Both the position numbers and the translations under genes were made by a program. Shown piece after piece: positions 29,514-32,000 of a stretch of DNA of 32,000 bases. Within the stretch, counting starts at the first letter, position 1; the number at the start of each line of letters is the position of its first letter. The stretch is from the NCBI GenBank assembly GCA_963677765.1, contig OY782392.1:240001-272000 (forward strand), given 5' to 3'. Under the pieces are notes generated by a model. The model saw only the letters and a list, made by a program, of their open reading frames with translations. It ran no database searches and was not told the origin of the DNA. This stretch comes from Candidatus Saccharimonadota bacterium (lineage in GTDB: Bacteria > Patescibacteriota > Gracilibacteria > BD1-5 > UBA6164).

Positions 29514-30580
29514 TATTGTGCTTGAATATCTTCTATAGATATTCTATATCATGTTAATTTTGATGCTAAGTTTACATTTAAACCATTCTTTCAAACAGCT
29601 TTAGCTCTTTCAGATGAATCTATGTATACAATAGCTGTTTTTTCTTCGTCATCAGTTATTACTTTTTGAACTTCTGCTGGAGAAAGTGATTTTTTTATAA
29701 CTTCACTCATATCTCACAAATTTGCAATAATATCTATTTTTTCTCAACCTAACTCTTCCATAACATTTTTAACTCTCATTCATTTTTGACCTATAAGAGT
29801 TCAAACTGGATCAATTTCATCATAATTACTAGAAACAAGTAATTTTGTTTTAATTCATGCTTGTCTAACTACTTTATCTATATTAATAATCCCTTCACCT
29901 ATTTCTGGAACATTTTCTTCAAATATAGCAGATACTAATTCAGATCTTTTTCTAGATAATATAACTTTTGGAGCTCATGTTTCATTTTTTGAAACTTCAG
30001 CAACATATAAGTAAAATCTAGCTCAAGCAACATAATTATCTCTAGAAACTTGTTCTGATTTTGGTAATATAATTTGATTACCTTGATAATCAAATATAAC
30101 TTTTGAACCTTCTACTAATTCAATTTTTACATTTATAACATCACCTTGTTTTCATTCAAACAACTCATATATTTTTTCTTTTTCACTATCACCAATTTTT
30201 TGAATAATAACTTGTCTAGCAGCTTGTGATGCGATTCTACCAAAACTTTCTGCTGAATCACTGTTTTGAATTTCTTCAGTAACATCTAATTCTACAGTAT
30301 CTCATTCTTCAAAACCTTCTGCATCATCTCATAATTCTTCAAAACTAATTTCCAAAGCAGGATTAGTTACTTCTTTAACAAGAGTTTTTTCTAAAGTTAT
30401 TTCTAAAGATTCATTTTCTAAATCAATTTTTACATTAACTTCTTCATCTCTGTTACCATAATCTTTTTTATATGCTGTTTTTATTGCAGCTTCTATTATT
30501 TCTATAAGTTTTTCTTGAGCTATATTTTTTTCTTTTGATATAAGATTTACAGCTTGTTTAATTTGTTTTATATCTAACAT
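29513..30580 (-). CDS. nusA: transcription termination/antitermination factor NusA (355 aa)
   Basis: N-terminus MLDIKQIKQAVNLISKEKNIAQEKLIEIIEAAIKTAYKK; S1 region FGRIASQAARQVIIQKI...GDVINVKI; KH regions RQAGIKTKLLV...[29 protein letters not shown] and AVGKNGLNVNLASKLTGYRISI. Extends track ORF 30329..30580 through TGA. Confidence 0.9.
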
Positions 30581-30716
30581 AATTAATTTTAATTAATATA
30601 TAATTTTAAAACAAAACGAGAACTTGCCTATGCAAATCCCCGCCTTTGGTTGTCTTAATTACAAATATTATTATATTGTTTTATTTTTTTTTGCAATAGA
30701 TATTTTACAAAAAAGT

Positions 30717-30744
30717 AAAAGCAGAATTTATAAATTCTGCTTTT
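30717..30744 (-). terminator. hairpin after the 58-aa gene
   Basis: aaaagcagaattta (30717-30730) pairs with taaattctgctttt (30731-30744). Confidence 0.6.
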
Positions 30745-30920
30745 TAGCTAACGACAGGTTGTCCTGCAACTGGTTTTTTACCAAAGTCTTTAACAAAAGT
30801 TTCAACTGACATATCACAAGTAGATTCACCACCATGTGCATCTGATTTTGCAACAACAACTCTACCGAAAGAAACACTTTTTACTTTATACCCATAATAT
30901 GGTTTATTTGCTTTGAGCAT
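30744..30920 (-). CDS. small conserved-looking hypothetical protein (58 aa) with a strong Shine-Dalgarno sequence
   Basis: AAAAGGAGTTTTTATG on the minus strand (30918-30933). MLKANKPYYGYKVKSVSFGRVVVAKSDAHGGESTCDMSVETFVKDFGKKPVAGQPVVS*. No TGA codons. It has its own terminator. I do not recognise the family. Confidence 0.55.
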   Translation of the reverse strand: MLKANKPYYGYKVKSVSFGRVVVAKSDAHGGESTCDMSVETFVKDFGKKPVAGQPVVS

Positions 30921-31026
30921 AAAAACTCCTTTTATTTTTTTTGTACAATAATGTACACATATATTATAAATAATTTTTATTTTTAAGTCAAATAAAAAGA
31001 AGCTTTAAAAGCCTCTTTTTATAAAA

Positions 31027-32000
31027 TTACATTTTTTTTCTTAAAAAACTTGGAACATCTAAATCATCTTCTGGTTTAGGAGTAGCTGGAGTTTGAGGAG
31101 CAGAAGGTGTAACTCTAGAATCAGTTACAGGTTTTCTACCAAATGGATTTGTTTTTAATGGTCTACTAGATTCTCAAGCATATTGATTATTTGATTCTTC
31201 ATCAAATCAAGTTGCTACTACAGTAATTTTTAATTCACCATTATATTCTTCATTGATAGTTGCACCAAATATAATATTAGCATCAGAATCAACAGTTTCA
31301 GTAATAATTTTAGCAGCTTCATCAACTTCAAACATTGATAAATCAGTACCTCAAGTAATATTAAATAACAATCATTTAGCTCAAGCTATAGAAAGTTCTA
31401 ATAATGGAGAGTCTATAGCTGATCTAGCAGCTTCAGTAGCTCTATTTTCACCACTACCATAACCTATACCCATTAATGCAGAACCAGCATTTTGCATAAC
31501 AGAAGTAACATCAGCGAAGTCAACATTAATTAAACCTGGTTGAGTAATTAAGTCAGAAACACCTTGTACTCATTGATTTAAAATTTCATCTACTATTGAG
31601 AATGCATCTAATAATGGAGTTTTTTTATCAATAATTGATAAAATTTTATCATTAGGAATTGTTATAAGAGTATCAACTTTTTCTTTTAAATTAGTAAATC
31701 AATCTAAAGATTTACTCATTCTATTTTGTCATTCAAAACTAAATGGTTTTGTAACTATTCATACAGTTAAAGCTCATAATTCTTTTGCAACTTCAGCAAC
31801 AACTGGAGCAGCTCAAGTACCAGTACCTCAACCTAAACCACAAGTAATAAAAATCATATCTGCTCCTTCTAGAGTAGATTTAATTTCTTCTCTTGATTCT
31901 TCTGCAGCTTTTTTACCAATTTCTGGATTAGCTCAAGCTCATAATCAATTTGTTATAATTTTTCAGATATTTAATTTAGTTGGAGCTAAAGAATTATATA
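31027..32000 (-). CDS. ftsZ: cell-division GTPase FtsZ, 5'-truncated by window edge
   Basis: ...[18 protein letters not shown]...[26 protein letters not shown] (two TGA in the GGGTGTG signature, about 31804-31839)...NVDFADV...AGSALMGIG. The C-terminal tail [13 protein letters not shown] ends at TAA 31027-31029. Confidence 0.9.

Noticed and set aside
30617-30657. The GC-rich patch upstream of nusA as a tRNA or tRNA remnant (tgcaaatccccgcc resembles a T-loop/acceptor 3' half, and E. coli has metY upstream of nusA).
   Set aside because: No complementary 5' acceptor strand, D-arm or anticodon arm can be formed from the surrounding pure A/T sequence. At best it is a degenerate fragment, so I kept it only as a possible leader element.
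1-32000. Reading TGA as Trp (code 4, Mycoplasma-type), or treating the window as a field of frameshifted pseudogenes or non-coding AT-rich DNA.
   Set aside because: TGA falls on invariant Gly positions (Walker A GxxGxGK, FtsZ GGGTGTG, HRLDKDTSG, the DnaJ G/F linker) and Trp is still encoded by TGG. Under code 25 every gene reads end to end with lengths divisible by 3 between sensible starts and TAA/TAG stops, so pseudogenisation need not be invoked.

Overview
This 32-kb window is very AT-rich and looks almost non-coding in the standard code: the longest ORF in the supplied track is 123 aa. Reading TGA as glycine (translation table 25, used by Gracilibacteria and Absconditabacteria/SR1 of the Candidate Phyla Radiation) resolves it into about 30 tightly packed genes ending only in TAA or TAG. 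Invariant glycines in the PilB Walker A, the FtsZ GGGTGTG motif, RluD HRLDKDTSG, HisRS motif 2 and the whole DnaJ G/F linker are encoded by TGA, while Trp stays TGG. All coordinates below come from my own hand translation under code 25.

Housekeeping genes: rluD, a recO-like gene, a dnaJ/cbpA-like gene, hisS, a CNNM/CorC-type transporter, ruvX, rplI, nusA, ftsZ (5' partial) and a rubredoxin-superoxide reductase fusion.

The dominant theme is a dispersed type IV pilus (T4P) system. Its core is pilB, then a SpoIIE/PP2C phosphatase with coiled-coil flanks, then pilC, a low-TGA candidate major pilin, and a convergent pilT. Three further genes carry a class-III pilin signal (two with large adhesion modules), and two neighbouring genes have N-terminal hydrophobic anchors that lack that motif. 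Four of these five carry large adhesion modules: LRR+MAM, LRR, discoidin-like and LamG. A VirD4/TraD-like coupling ATPase lies nearby.

My leading candidate for a new system is this set of modular adhesin pilins with the phosphatase-containing pilB-X-pilC core, which would fit an episymbiotic or predatory CPR cell. Every convergent gene junction uses one shared palindromic hairpin, and these often overlap the coding ends. I found no rRNA, tRNA, CRISPR array or clear mobile element.
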